From Peribolospora baueri (taxonomy: Eukaryota), in NCBI GenBank assembly GCA_029717555.1, contig JAMDHS010000012.1:124001-188000 (forward strand): 64,000 nucleotides of DNA. Direction: 5' to 3'. The notes under the pieces were generated by a model. The model was not told the DNA's origin, searched no databases, and saw only the letters and a program-made list of their open reading frames with translations. Positions 10,567-22,866 of this stretch are shown here, piece by piece. Position 1 is the first letter of the stretch, and each line of letters begins with the position of its first letter. The translations under genes were made by a program, and so were the position numbers.

Positions 10567-11926
10567 TCAAGCAAACACGTTCCTGTCCGCAAGCTCATCC
10601 TCAGGCAACCGAACAGCCTCCATCTTCCTCTTCCTCTCCTCTTCCGCCGCCTTGCGCTCGCCAAACTTGGTACCCTTGGCCAGGCGTTGTTGGTGTCGGA
10701 TGGCGTTGGGGGAGACGTATTCTGTAAGGGGTGTCCAGATCAAGTCAGTCACGCTTCCGGGGGCCGTAAAGAGAAAGAGAGAAAGAAAGAAAGAAAGAAG
10801 AAAAAAAGAAAAAGAAAAAGAAAAAGCAAAAAAGCTCACCAGAATTTTCAAACACGACAGCGCCATTGAAAGACCCTTCAAAGATCTTGATGGGCGTCAA
10901 GACGAGACGCGGCCCAATCTCTGTTAGCGTTGTCTTTGGCGTTGGCTTGTCCCTGCCTTTTTTCTTTCCCTTGCCCTTCTCCTTGGTCTTGCCCTCGCCG
11001 TCCTCGTCTTCGCCATCGACATCGGTAAAGCCGGCATGAGTATCTTTCTCAATGATTTGAAAGTTGCGGAACCATATCTTGTTGTCCACCCAGGAGAAAC
11101 TGAGGACGTGGTCGACGAACGGCTTGGATCGTCGAGCGCTTTTGGGCACGCCGAAGATCTGTGGACGGAGGTGGCGGTGGAGGAGAAGAAGAGCAAGTCA
11201 ATAAAAACCAAACAAGCACGACACGGGCCGGCCGGCAAAAATCAAAGAACCACGACATGGAAAGGGAGAGGGAGGACCAAAGCTCGCAGCGCCCTTTATC
11301 AGACCCGCTCATCCATCGACACTCACATGCGACAGGAGCTCCTTCATCAATCGCAGATGCGGCTGGCCATCAAACGTCTTGTCAAAACTCAACAACGGCC
11401 GACTGCCCTTGAGACAGTTGCCCGTCATCTTCAGCTCGTCCATGGTGTGAATGTTCTGAACGTGCATCTTGACGCTCGGTCCGTTTGGCGTTTTGGACAT
11501 CCACATGTAGAGGTCCTGGTGCCGGCGCGCCTCAAAGTAGAGCGTGTTGTTGCAGTTGTACAGCTCGGCCAGCTCGTTGAGCATCAGTAGGTTCGACTTG
11601 GAGTCCAGCTTGGAATCTGGCGCCGCGGGGCGAGGTAGACATGTCAGACGGCCAGCTCTCGTTTCGTTGACGTGACGACCGATGTCCGCATGCTCACCTT
11701 TCTTGGCGTGAGGCATCAGCGCCTCGAGATCGTTCATCAAGTGTCTCATACGAAAGGTGATCCCCCTCGAAGACAAGAGTAGCACCCTCTGCTTGTTCTT
11801 TTTTAACGGCGCCGTCCCGCCGCCCACCACCACATCCTCCAGATCCCCCTCCGCCTTGCGCTTCCCCTTCTCCTTTGCCTTGAGTTTGGCCTCGTTCTTC
11901 TTTTGAGCTGCGAGCACGGTGGCCAT
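10567..11926 (-). CDS. BRX1: Ribosome biogenesis protein Brx1 (Brix domain), multi-exon
   Basis: KQRVLLLSSRGITFRMRHLMNDL, LNELAELYNCNNTLYFEARRHQDLYMWMSKTPNGPS, HTMDELKMTGNCLKGSRP, KSARRSKPFVDHV and EIGPRLVLTPIKIFEGSF. Confidence 0.95.
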
Positions 11927-12228
11927 GACGGGTTGATATGAATGCTTCGTCGTCTCCCTCCGCCCATCCGTGTCGCATCGCGAAGACGACCCAAAAGCTG
12001 CGGCAAGTGCGGGGTTCCCACGGTCAGCGAGCGCACTGGCCGCGATCGCCCATCTTGACCTTGACCTGCCAGTCCCAAGTCGAAGGCGGCGGCCCACTCC
12101 CCACCCGAAGCTCCCCTAGGCATCGCACCGCTTCGCTCGCTCGAGCGGCCAATGCATCCTCTCCATCACCTCAATTTTTTGCAGGTGCTTCGCTCAACCC
12201 GAGTGCAGACGCGGCACTGATGCGTGCC

Positions 12229-15200
12229 ATGGCTTCGCCCAACGGCCGCCAGTCCTCGTCTCCCAACGGCGGCCCCCACCCTTACCGACTCGAAAACGAA
12301 GACGAAGCCGGGCCCACGAGCCGAGGGGAAGATGATCTGGTTGGAAAGAAGGTGGCCAGCGGGGCCGGCGATGGTGGTCTGAGCAATGATCTGGCAGACC
12401 CAGGAAGCGCGCGCGACGAGGATGAAGATGAGCAGTTCGTCTACCCCGGCGACGACGCGGCCGAAGTGGAAGAGGAAGAGGAGGCGTTCACCTACAAGAC
12501 GAGGGTGGATGAGGTCTTACCGGATGAGGAGGGGGAGGCCAGTAGCGAGGTTGCTCGTCGAATGGCTGCGGACGAGGACAGTGACGAGGAGGTTCGGTAC
12601 CGTCGTCAAGTCGGCGAAGAAGAACGGGACGACGAGTCCGTGTCTTCTCGCACCGTGGATGACAGGCCGGGCATGGGAGTAGTGAGTGTACGGCGGAACG
12701 TCTGCTTCACAACGGTCCTGTCTCTGATCACGACATTGGCTTCACTTGGCTCTTTACCCGCAGGCTCCCTCCTCCATCTCGTCAGCCAACGGAGGGCAGT
12801 CCAGACCGCAATCCTACATCTCCCTCGACGAATCGTCCGCCTTTGGTGGCGATACTTCTCAGTACTCTCCTCTGCCCCCCCTGCGCCCCGCCATGCACCC
12901 TTCCGTGTCTCGTCTGCGCTCTGCCTTTTCTCGCAATTCGTCGGCCGTGTCCGTGATATCCTCCAACCCCAGAAGCGCCTCGTTCAGCTCCTTTGCTTCG
13001 TTGCGCGGCCCCTCCGCACCGCAGAACATGCGCATGCCGTCCACGCCGTCGATGTCTTCCCTAAAGACTTCCGCATCTATTCTTCCGCTATTCCCATACG
13101 CCTCCTCGGACGAGAAAGGCAAATCCCCGGAAACACCCGCCAGCCCAATGACCCCAACGTCGACGTATGACGCGCAGCTCCGACGGGATCCATTCCAGTT
13201 CTCCCCGCTTCGGAGCTTGTCTGCTCAGATTTACCCGGTGTCCAAAGCCGCCAAGCTCACGGCGTTGAACGCTTATGGTACTCCCACCGTCATGGCAGTT
13301 AGTGGCGTTATTGCCGTCGGTACGAGCAGGGGCTGGGTGATGGTCTTCGAGTACAATCAAGACCTACGATGCATATGCGGCACAGATAGTCTAGGTGAGC
13401 CTTGCTTGAGTCTGGGTCGTGTCACCCCTTTCGTCCTCCAAGCGCTAAACTTTTACTTACTCTTATTCGCCAGCGAAAGAAAGCGGCGCTGTGACGGCGC
13501 TGGCCATCAGCCACGACCACACCTTTGTCGGTGTCGGTCACGAAAGGGGACACGTCCGCTTGTATGAGTTGCAGAAACCCAACGTCCCAGCTCGTTCCGT
13601 CGCGCCCGTCACCCGGGCCGAAGTGGCCTCTGGTCGACGCGAGGGTCATCTCGCAGGCTCCAAGATCTTGCACATTGCCTTTGTTGCCGCTCGTCACACC
13701 GCCATCGTTACCGCAGACGAATACGGCTTGAGTTTCTATCACGCGCTCGGCAAAGTCCTCATGGTCTCCGCCAACGACACCCTGCGCATCCTTGGACGCT
13801 ATCCGGATCCGCTTCCGTCACGACCTATCCCAGACGGCCATCGCAGGCCACCACGTAAACCTTCGACTATCTTTGCCATGGCACCCTTGCCGTTGGGGCT
13901 TGTTCCGCACATGGCCGAGCGGTATCAGTTCATCGCACTCCTGACGCCAGCCAAGCTCGTCATTGTAGGCCTCAAGCCCGCGCCTCGGACATGGTTTCGC
14001 CGCATGGCTCCCAGAGGCGTCCGAGGAGGCGGTATCGGCAAGGCGTCGGGCCTGCAAACGGAGACTGGTGCGGCGAACGGTGCTCCGGGCGAGATGGCTA
14101 GGGACGAGGCGATCGACGGCTTTCGCGAGGCTTTCTTACGGAGCGACTCATTAGACGCTGAACCTGCGGACGACGAGTTGGCAGGAACCCTCGCCTGGTA
14201 CCCGAGCCGCGAGCTCAAAGGAAACGACGCGTCGACTCTGACCTCGGACAAGACCTCGGAAGGCGCCACTTTTTCATCCCTTGGTCCTGTCCTCGCCTAT
14301 TCGTTCGGCCGTCGTATTTTCATCTTACACTTCGCTGTCGTCAAGGTGCAGAAGCGGCAGGCGGGCGCGACGCCCCCAAACGGTTCGGAAACCCCGCGGC
14401 GCTCTGAACCTGAGGCGCAACGGGTTGATATACGGGAAGGGCAATCGTTCCAAGAGGAGGACACAGTTGTGGCTATGCAGTGGTTGTCTCAACATGTGTG
14501 TCCACGTCCGCGTATGAGTCCAAACGCAGCGGCCGGTCCGAAGCTCACGATTGTTCTCTTGATACTATGCACAGCTGCTCCTCGTCATGACGCGCCAATC
14601 CCTCTCCCTTTACGACCTTCGCAAGGGCTCTCGCTCCGAGAAGCAAGGCCTGGATTTCTGGACACATGACGTACTTGCCCACGACTGGTATCGCAGGGCT
14701 CTGCGCGGCCGTGGTAGCGGAACAGACGAGGATGATCAAGCTCGAGTGGCCGAATCAAGGGCTCATAGTTTTCGTTGTTACAAGGGAAAGGTTTTCCTTC
14801 TGGTGAGTCGCTATAGCCGGTATTCTCGGGCACACATGTACCGTAAACTGACACACAATCAATAACCTCGTCTCGAAGACGCGGACAGGCGTCCTCGTCG
14901 GTACGCTGGTCTCGTGGGCGGATCGCATCCTGGCTTGCGTTCGAAAGGGCGATTTCTTGCAAGCCATCGACTTGGCGACATCCTTCTACACTGGCGAGGC
15001 AGACGGTTCAACCGTTGGCCTCCCGGACGATCGCGACAGAGTGCAGGCCATTGTGGGCGAGAAACTGCGAAGCCTCATGACTGCATCTGTCCAGTACGCG
15101 TTTGCGGAAGAGCGCATGACGGACGGCACGCACGACTCACCGGATGGCCGAGGCGTGGACCGAACGCCGCTGTTCGAGGGCCTAGTTGCAACGGTGGCTC

Positions 15201-17932
15201 GCGCTTGCCTGGCTCTCAACCACTGGGACTTTCTCTTTGAGGACCTTTATGAGCGATACCGGGAGAACGGCATCCAGGGTATCTTCGTTTCTCAGCTGGA
15301 ACCCTTCGTCATGAACGGCTTCGTTCGCCAAGTACCGCCCAACATCGTACAGCAGCTCATCCAGTATCACGCCACGCGAGAGCAGTACGACCGAGCGGAA
15401 ACTATCATCTGGCATGTGGACCCTCTTTGCCTCGACCTTGATCAGGCACTAAGTCTCTGCCAGACACACCGGCTCTACGATGCTCTCATTTACGTCTATA
15501 CTCGCGCCATACGCGACTTCGTGTCCCCTGTCGTCGAGCTCCTCGGGCTGATCCGGCAGGTTCAACGGAGTCGAAGACAACGTCCGCGACGAGTGGGCGA
15601 TGCCAATGGCGACGCCAGCATGGACACTTCCATCGAGGCGATGGAGGCGGCCGCGAGAAACGCGTACAAGCTGTTTCGCTACCTTTCCGATGTCCTCACT
15701 GGACTCGAGTACCCCAGCCAGGAACCATTGTCAGAGGAGGAAGCGCTTACGGCCAAGTCGACCATCTACTCGTTTTTCTTCTCCGGACACACAGTCCGTT
15801 GGCCACCAGGCGCCAGTGGGCGGGATGTTCCGGCGTCAGAGGAAGATGGGGAGCCCGAGTCCACTTACCCTTACCTTCGACTCGTGGTGCGCTTCGATGC
15901 CGAAGCGTTCCTGGACGCTCTGGACAGCGCCTTCGAGGACTCTTTCCTCAACGACGATGCCGCTAACAAGCATGTCAACCGGCAACTCATTGTCAATATC
16001 CTCCTCGACATCATGGACTCGTCAGGGTTCACGCCATCGGACATCACCTTTCTTCAAATTTTCGTCGCACGCAACCTGCCTAAATACCCCCAGTTCGTCC
16101 TTCTTAAACCTTCAATATTGCATCGTCTCCTCGTCGGTCTGACAGTCAGTCCGGACCAAAGCACACGGGACGATCGCCAGCTGGCGGTGGAATACCTGCT
16201 TTCCGTCTACACACCCCATGATGGGGACCGCATACTGGAGCTGTTCGAGAGGGCTGGCTTCTTCCGCATTCTTCGATCGGCATACCGATCTGAAAAGGCG
16301 TGGGGGAGCCTCCTCTCGACGTACCTGCGCGATCCGGACGTCGGCAACGACATTTTCATTCACGCCGCCGACGTCCTTGCGATGAGCTCTCGAGATAGCA
16401 AGCAGGTTGACCGAGAAGCTTCCCTGACCGTTATGGATGCGGTCCCGCAATTGATCGACGCCGGCGTTCGACAGACGGCCATCCTGGTCGATCGCTTCCT
16501 CCCCGAACTGCATGATGACGTCGTGAGCCGTCTCGCCGATTCCGAGCACAAGCAGTTCGCTTATCTGCGTTGCTTCTTGGAGCCGGAGGCGAGCTTGGAC
16601 GAGGCGGAGGAGCAGGCAGGGGATGAGCCGCTTCTGGGAAACTCTGGTCTGCAGCAAGCAGCCGATCATCTCAACACTGCCGCTCGCAGCCTCTACATCA
16701 CGCTGCTCAGCAGACATGACCCGCGCGGCGTTTTGCGTAACCTCGATGCGCAGCCACGAGACTTCTTCGACCTCGAGCATGTCGTCTCGACATGTCGAGA
16801 TGGAGAGGTGTTCGACGCCATGCTGTGGGCTATTGATCGGCAGGGGGAGCCGATGGCTGCTTTCGATGCTCTCGATGAGGTTGTCTCAAGTCTTACGCAA
16901 CTCCTCACGAAAGCGCTTTATAATGAGGAGGCTACGGCCGTCGCGGAAGCCCGAGCACGGCAGCAACGGCTTCTGGAGCAGCTACAGAGTGTGGCGAGCA
17001 TGGGCGCACGGCTATGCGTCGAGCACTCGAAGCTCGTTCCGCAGCCCTCTGATTTCCACAGCGGTGAACTTTGGTTCCGCCTACTCCACAGCCTCGTTCA
17101 CCTCGTGCAAGCTGTCGCTCAGACCTGCCAGCCGTTGGCCGGGCCCGATTGGGTGGTCATGAGCAATGAGGAGAAAGTTCGAGCACAGCAAGCGGCAGAG
17201 GTCCTCGAACAGTGCCGCGGCTTCATGCAACAGTCACTCTCTTCCCTAGTAAGCACCACTTCAACGTCTTCAATATCGTTTCCCCTACTCTTCAAGCGAC
17301 TCGTCGAGGCTGGCAGCTCGATCCACCAGGACGATTCGTACTCATTCTCCGACGACGCGCCGCGGGGTGGCTTCTACGCCGAGTTCCGATCGATTCTATC
17401 TGGGATGTTGGACACGTACCGTCACGAGGAGAACCTTTTGCGAATCACCAACCGCCTTTTCGATCGGGACCTCTTCAACCACGTCGAGGAGCTACACGTT
17501 CAGAGGCTGCGCGGTTGGAGGATGAAAGGCTCCAGGGGGGCGCCACCGGCGTGCGCAAAATGCGGAGAAGTGATTGGCGAACCGGTTTCTGGAGGACGAA
17601 AGGCCGCTCGGGGTTGGCAGAGATTGGAACCATTGACGCCGCGAACCCCACACACGCCTCGGACACCTCGGACACCCAACGGGCATCCGCCCGTCTCACC
17701 TGGCTTCGTCGACAAGGGCAAAGCTGTCGATCGCACCGGCACCTCGCAGACGTATTACGACGAGCAGGAGGGTTTCCGGTGGGATCGCCGACCGTCGCAT
17801 CACGAGGAAGAGGAAGAGGGAGAGGACGATCTGGAAGATCATGCGGTAGTCATACTCATGAATGGGGTTGTCTATCATCGTCGCTGCGTCCCAGCGGATC
17901 TGGCCATGCGGATAGATGAGCAGCGGCAGTGA
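12229..17932 (+). CDS. VPS8: CORVET complex subunit Vps8 (WD40 region, CHCR repeat, degenerate C-terminal RING), multi-exon
   Basis: PTVMAVSGVIAVGTSRGWVMVFEYNQ, ALAISHDHTFVGVGH, GHLAGSKILHIAFV, ALLTPAKLVIVGLKP, CLDLDQALSLCQTHRLYDALIYVY, YPYLRLVVRFDAEAFLDALDSAFEDSFLND and RQLAVEYLLSVY. The start is inferred from a good-context ATG (GCCATGG). Confidence 0.9.
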
Positions 17933-18292
17933 CGCCAGATCAGACAGCAGGACAGATCATCCCTATGCTTTCGACCGTCTACTGCCAGACGCCAGAAGAC
18001 GTTTTCCTTCCTCTTTCTCGCTCTTGCTTTCCTCGATCTTTCTGCTTCTCCTATTCGCTCAGAGCATCGCTTCACATACCCCTATCCCACGTATACTAGG
18101 TATTCCGAACCTCGCTCCACGCTTTGCTTGCGCCATGCGCGCGCGTTATTCGTATCCCGTATCTATCACTTCACTTCAGAGACCTCTCTCACTCTGACTA
18201 AAGTCTCTCGAGACTCGGGCGGAGTGAAGAAAGGGAGGGGAGGAGAGAGGAAGCCGGCCGGTGCATCGGATCGTGTCTTCGCGTGCCTAGCA

Positions 18293-18330
18293 CTATTAAC
18301 ATAACGACGTCCTATTAACATAACGACGTC
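18293..18330 (+). repeat. Perfect tandem duplication of a 19-bp terminal motif (CTATTAACATAACGACGTC x2)
   Basis: Units at 18293-18311 and 18312-18330. One inverted, slightly diverged copy lies at 20590-20608. Confidence 0.9.
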
Positions 18331-18990
18331 TGCAAAACTTGATTACGTAAAAATATATCTTGAGTTGTCGAATATTCGTCTTGCCTGTCCGAATGGTTTT
18401 CCTGCAACCCTTCAGACAATACATTGCTAATAAAGCATTTAGGTAATCTTGCCACCTAGACCATACCCTGTCAAAAAAAGAGAAGATCTCGAGACTGACC
18501 ATGCCATATCTCGCCTTCTGAATGGTGCAAAGTTCTGGTTAGCATACTCGTAAACCTTTCTAAGGTCGCCGTAATTCTGTTGACTTTGAGATGGTACTGT
18601 AACGACTTAAGAGGCTCAGTGTATTCCAATTTCCAAGGGGACAACCCGGGCGGACGGTGATGACCCCTCTGCCACGCCAGACCTAACCTACACGTCACTA
18701 GGGGCACATGAACCTGCACGTGACCCCCTGCGCGTGAGGGAGTGCCGCTACAGGTACATCTTGAAGAGAGACATTCGTACGTCTTGCGACGGATCCCCGT
18801 CAAGCAATGTGAATCTTGCTTGTCGCGGTCCTGTATAACTTTGCCGCGGTAAGGGTTAGGGTAGTCAGCCCGCTTCCGCTTGATCCGTGTTTTCTTTCTT
18901 GCTCGGGAGTCAGTCTCCTACGTCCATCCGCCAGCGACACTGGGGCGGCAGCCGTATCGGCCGCGTCTCACCGAAGAGCTTTCTTCGTGT

Positions 18991-19333
18991 CTACGTGTCA
19001 ACGATGGCGAAATCCGCAAGAATCCCGAAATTGACCATATCCGGCACTCCAATACCCTTCCCGTCGCCCTGAGGCGCACGGTACCCATCCTCTGGATCAA
19101 TCCACATGAAGCGAGAGGGCTGAGTAGGCGCGTCGATCGTGAGAAGCTTTTTGATCCACAAGAATCGCATCGGCCGCACCGCCGCTTGTGTGCTCCCCAG
19201 CTCGACTCTATCAAGTCGCCGAACCGCCAACTCCGACCGGGATGTTCTTCGGCTAGCTTCGCCAAAGGTTGCTTGGGTAAAGGGAGGAAGGCGCCCCTCG
19301 AAAATGGACGAGGCAGGCTTGAAGATCGCTTGG

Positions 19334-19366
<33 letters not shown>

Positions 19367-20328
19367 CGGAGAGGGCGTGGTTCGAGGAGCAAGCCGCCGC
19401 GGGGACGTTGCCGGAGGGGATCGACGTCGCGCTTTGGACGGCTTGCGTGGAGGCAGAGGAGAGGCATCGGAAGGAGATGAGGGCTTGGATACCGAGGGAC
19501 TGGAACAGCCGGCGACGGTGGGATGTTTTGCTCGTCGACGAACACGTCCCTGACGATATTCGAAAGATACATCATATCGTTCGACCTTATCCTCTTGGGT
19601 TCGTACTGGCGTGGTTGTAAAGGATTTGTAATTCAATGAGACCGAACAGGCACGTCGACAAAGTAGGGCAAATTACTCACAAATTCCATCACGGGAAACT
19701 TCGCTTGCCCTAGTCCGTGCAGGTCAGTCGCTCTCCCCATCGCCCACATACTTTAGGCGGTCGCTTTGAGCGCGCCGTTCTTCACGGCCAAGTCTGTTTC
19801 TGGGGCTGCCTCTCTCGCCTTTCGAGCCATCTCTACCTCGAAATAGTTGGAGAATCGTGTGCAGAGAGTGGGCGGTATCGCAAACGAGATGGTGTCCCAA
19901 AACACAAAAAGGAAAGTATCAACGGCGCAAGACATGGACCCACTACGAGGGCCTCCCTCATCCTTCCGCGCCCCCCACGGGAGCCCCAACTTGACCTTGG
20001 CCTTTTTGGAGCCTTTCACCCGCGTACGGGGTAGGTACCATGCCGCGCCCTCGACCTTGATCATAATCTCAACTGGGGCGAACGGCGCCTGGGGACCTTG
20101 GGAGTACAAGTCCTTGCCCTCATGCCGCCGCGGTTACATCGGCTCTGGAGGCTGGTTTCCCCTTGCCGTGCTTTTTGTTCGCGCCTTTCTTCGTTGGGGC
20201 CTTCCGACGAGGGGGGACAGCGACGAGTTCGATAGGTGTCTGCGAACCGGACACGTACTCCTCGTGTTCCACTTGTAATGCCCCTCGATGTTCGCGTCCG
20301 AGAAGCGGTATTGAAGAGCCCCAGTCAT
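18991..20328 (-). pseudogene. Decayed spliced gene inside the TIR element (about 420 codons, two in-frame TAA stops, one intron)
   Basis: ORFs 20328-20134 and 20109-19753 share one frame, which continues to a GTGAGT donor at 19680. An intron 19680-19606 (ending CAG) joins it in phase 0 to the frame of ORF 19575-18991. It contains LGLPWG...SMSCAVDTFLFVFW. Confidence 0.5.
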
Positions 20329-20421
20329 GACAGGATGGATGGTCTAGTGGGCAAGATTACCTAAAAGCTTTATCAATGCATTGTCTGCAGGGTTGCAGGA
20401 AAACCATTCGGACAGTCAAGA

Positions 20422-20582
20422 CGAATGTTCGACACCTTGAGATTAATGTTTGGGTAAGCAAGATGAATGTTCGGCAAATGGATGTTTGACACCTTAAGAT
20501 TAATGTTTAAGCAAGCAAAATGAATGTTCGACAACTCCAAATTGATGTTTAGGTAAGCAAGGTTAATGTCTGGGTAAGAATG
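20422..20582. repeat. Degenerate approximately 21-bp minisatellite within the right TIR
   Basis: Recurring (G/T)(A/G)ATGTTY units spaced about 21 bp apart. The minus-strand translation shows a 7-residue period (NINL/NIHL). Only about 1-2 such units are present in the left TIR. Confidence 0.7.
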
Positions 20583-21539
20583 TTTCACAGACATCGTTTT
20601 GTTAATAGTAGGGCATGCCTACACGCCGATCAGAAAGGAAAGGTGTCGGGGAACCTCCCGGCGGGGTCTTCCTGATTTGATTTGGCATCGGGGACAGACG
20701 CTCTCGAAGATATTCTTGTGGAACGCTCACGAGCGAACGCTCTGCGAGGGGACGGGATCGCGCTTCTTCAAGTCGAGTCGGAGAGGAGAGGATGGAACGT
20801 GGGGTCGGGGCCACAAGAGACGGAAGGAGGTGTCGTCGGGCACATGGCGCCACCACGCATGTTCACTTTCGCTTCGCTTCGCTTTCGTGGCTGTGGCCAT
20901 GACCGCATGAGGGGGAAAGGAGAAAAAAAGGACCATCATACTGGAAAAAAAGGGCTCCCGTAGATAAACAAACGTAAAACGAACGGAAACGCGGGACGCG
21001 AAAAAAGGTACATCGACACGACAACGTATCAACACAGCGTTAGTACACATCAACCTATCGTCGGGGATAGGCGTTACAGAGCGGAGCGGTCGGCCGATCC
21101 GTCGTTGACAAACAAGATAAAAGGGAAAAAGGGGGGAAAGGAAAAAAGAAAAGAGAAGGGTATGGGGCGGGAGACAAGGGGGCGAGTCATAGTTCTTGGG
21201 TATGGGGTATATGCGGTCGGCGTCGGCGCGGTGGCGAGGGGAGGGCGCGCAACTGTTCCGATTCAGGGTTGTTGAGAAGAGACGGGAGAAAGGCGCACGA
21301 ACGGACGGGGAAGTATGGATGGAGGGCCGAGGCAAGGTAAGCCAAGCCAAGTTAAGTTGAGCGGAGTCGGGAGCCACCGAGAGACGACGAGAGGGAACGG
21401 TCTGACGAGCGAGGGCCGTTCGAACCGAGCGAGACTGGCCTACCACGCCGGGGGTCTCTGCTTATCGGGGTTATCGCATTCCGCAAGCGGCGGTGTGACG
21501 ACGTGAGCGGGTTGGTCGCCGAGTCACACGTCTTCGCGC

Positions 21540-22866
21540 TCAGTACTTGGGGCGGCGGCCCCAAGGGCGGTAGGAGTCTGCGTGGATGGAAGGAGAGACA
21601 GAAGAAGGAAAGAAGAGGAAGACGAAGGCGAGAGAGGAGAAGGATGAGCACGCGGACGATATCAAAGGGAAGAAAGGACACGACCGGACGACGGTTGGAT
21701 GCACTCACAACCGCTGTAATAATCGCCGCGTTTCTTGCTTCTCGTGTGGCCAAAGCACACGGTGACTGAGGCGAGAAGGAGAGCGACGAGCGCCGCTAGG
21801 ACCATCCAGATGGCCGGACCCAGCGTGGCGGTGGCATCGGTGACGTCGTCGTTGATCTTGTGGCCTGTATGGAGAGGTTGGCGGGAAGTGTTAGAGGAAA
21901 AAAAACGAGGATCGACGCCTCCTCCCCCACGGGGAGGCCAGAGAAGGCGAATAAGCAGGGGCACACTCACGAAGGGTAACGAAGCATCCCAAGTCCAACG
22001 CGAGCGCGAGCGCGGTGACGAGGGCGGCAAGGAAAGAGAGTAAGGCGGCGATGAGGTCGAGGACAACCGAGTTGCTCAGGGCAAAAAGCCAGGCAACAAA
22101 GGTGAAGGCCGCTGCGATGGGGTTGATGACGAGTGACTTGGCGAGTGCCTCGGAGATGACTGCGCCCACTTGACCTTCGCCTGGGAAGATGCGACTACCA
22201 GAGGCTGGAGGCCAGGGGAGGAGATGCGAGCGGGAGATAAAAACAAGGCAAGGCGGAGGGTTGAATTTGGTGAAGTAATTAGGAGAGGGGTTAGGAGAGG
22301 GGTTGGAAGCTCACTCAAGCCATATCCGAGCTGCTTTGGGGTGCAAGACCAGGCGTCCGAACCCGATGCTTGGGAGCAGATGGACCAGATTCCCCACTGA
22401 GCGGCGCAGCAGTGGCCATGGAACAGCGAGAGAGGAGGGAGGGAAAGGTCAGCAGGGCGCGATCCGACGATGCGTCGCTGTCTCTGTCGCTCCACGGGGA
22501 GTCAGCCGCTTCGCGTCGCATCGCATCGCGTCGCTCCCGTCGCTCACCCTGACTTGAACGTTGGAACTGGAGCTGAAACCGTTGGTGCCGAGGACGGCCT
22601 TGAGGTAGTATATGGAGTGGATATAGGGCTCAGAGATGGAGACCTGCGGGAGGAAGCGGAGGCGAGTGAGCGCGGGTAAGAAAGAGGGGTTCGGGGCTCG
22701 TCTCATCTCTCCCGTCCCTCGTTCGTCCAGGCAGAGCCAGTTGTGGCATCCGCCATCGTGGGCGATACAATGGAGAAGAGGAAGAGGAGGAAGGCGCACG
22801 CACGAGGATGAGGAGAACGAGCGCCGCGGTGAGAAAGAAAACGCCGGGGACGAAGAGGGACCTCAT
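21540..22866 (-). CDS. SUR7/PalI (Rim9-like) four-TM membrane protein, multi-exon
   Basis: MRSLFVPGVFFLTAALVLLILV|SISEPYIHSIYYL, the claudin-like WGIWSIC...C motif, LVINPIAAAFTFVAWLFA and LGPAIWMVLAALVALLLA. The inferred last exon reads YSYRPWGRRPKY*. Confidence 0.85.

Larger units (their letters stand above)
18290..20612. mobile_element. Non-autonomous DNA transposon with long TIRs and an imperfect 9-bp TSD (Mutator/foldback-like)
   Basis: The left arm 18290-18473 is the reverse complement of the right arm 20328-20612. Examples: TCCGAATGGTTTTCCTGCAACCC, TTTAGGTAATCTTGCC, and ACTATTAACATAACGACGTC vs ACTATTAACAAAACGATGTC. Flanks are GCGTGCCTA (18281-18289) and GCATGCCTA (20613-20621), 8/9 identical. 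The arms are AT-rich relative to the surroundings. Confidence 0.8.

Noticed and set aside
18291..18295. CACTA pentamer at the left end, suggesting an En/Spm element
   Set aside because: The right end reads TACTA on the opposite strand and there is no matching 3-bp TSD. The 9-bp flanking repeat and long TIRs fit a Mutator-like element better.
18850..18862. TAAGGGTTAGGGT telomere-like seed inside the element
   Set aside because: Fewer than two perfect TTAGGG units, which is not distinguishable from chance.
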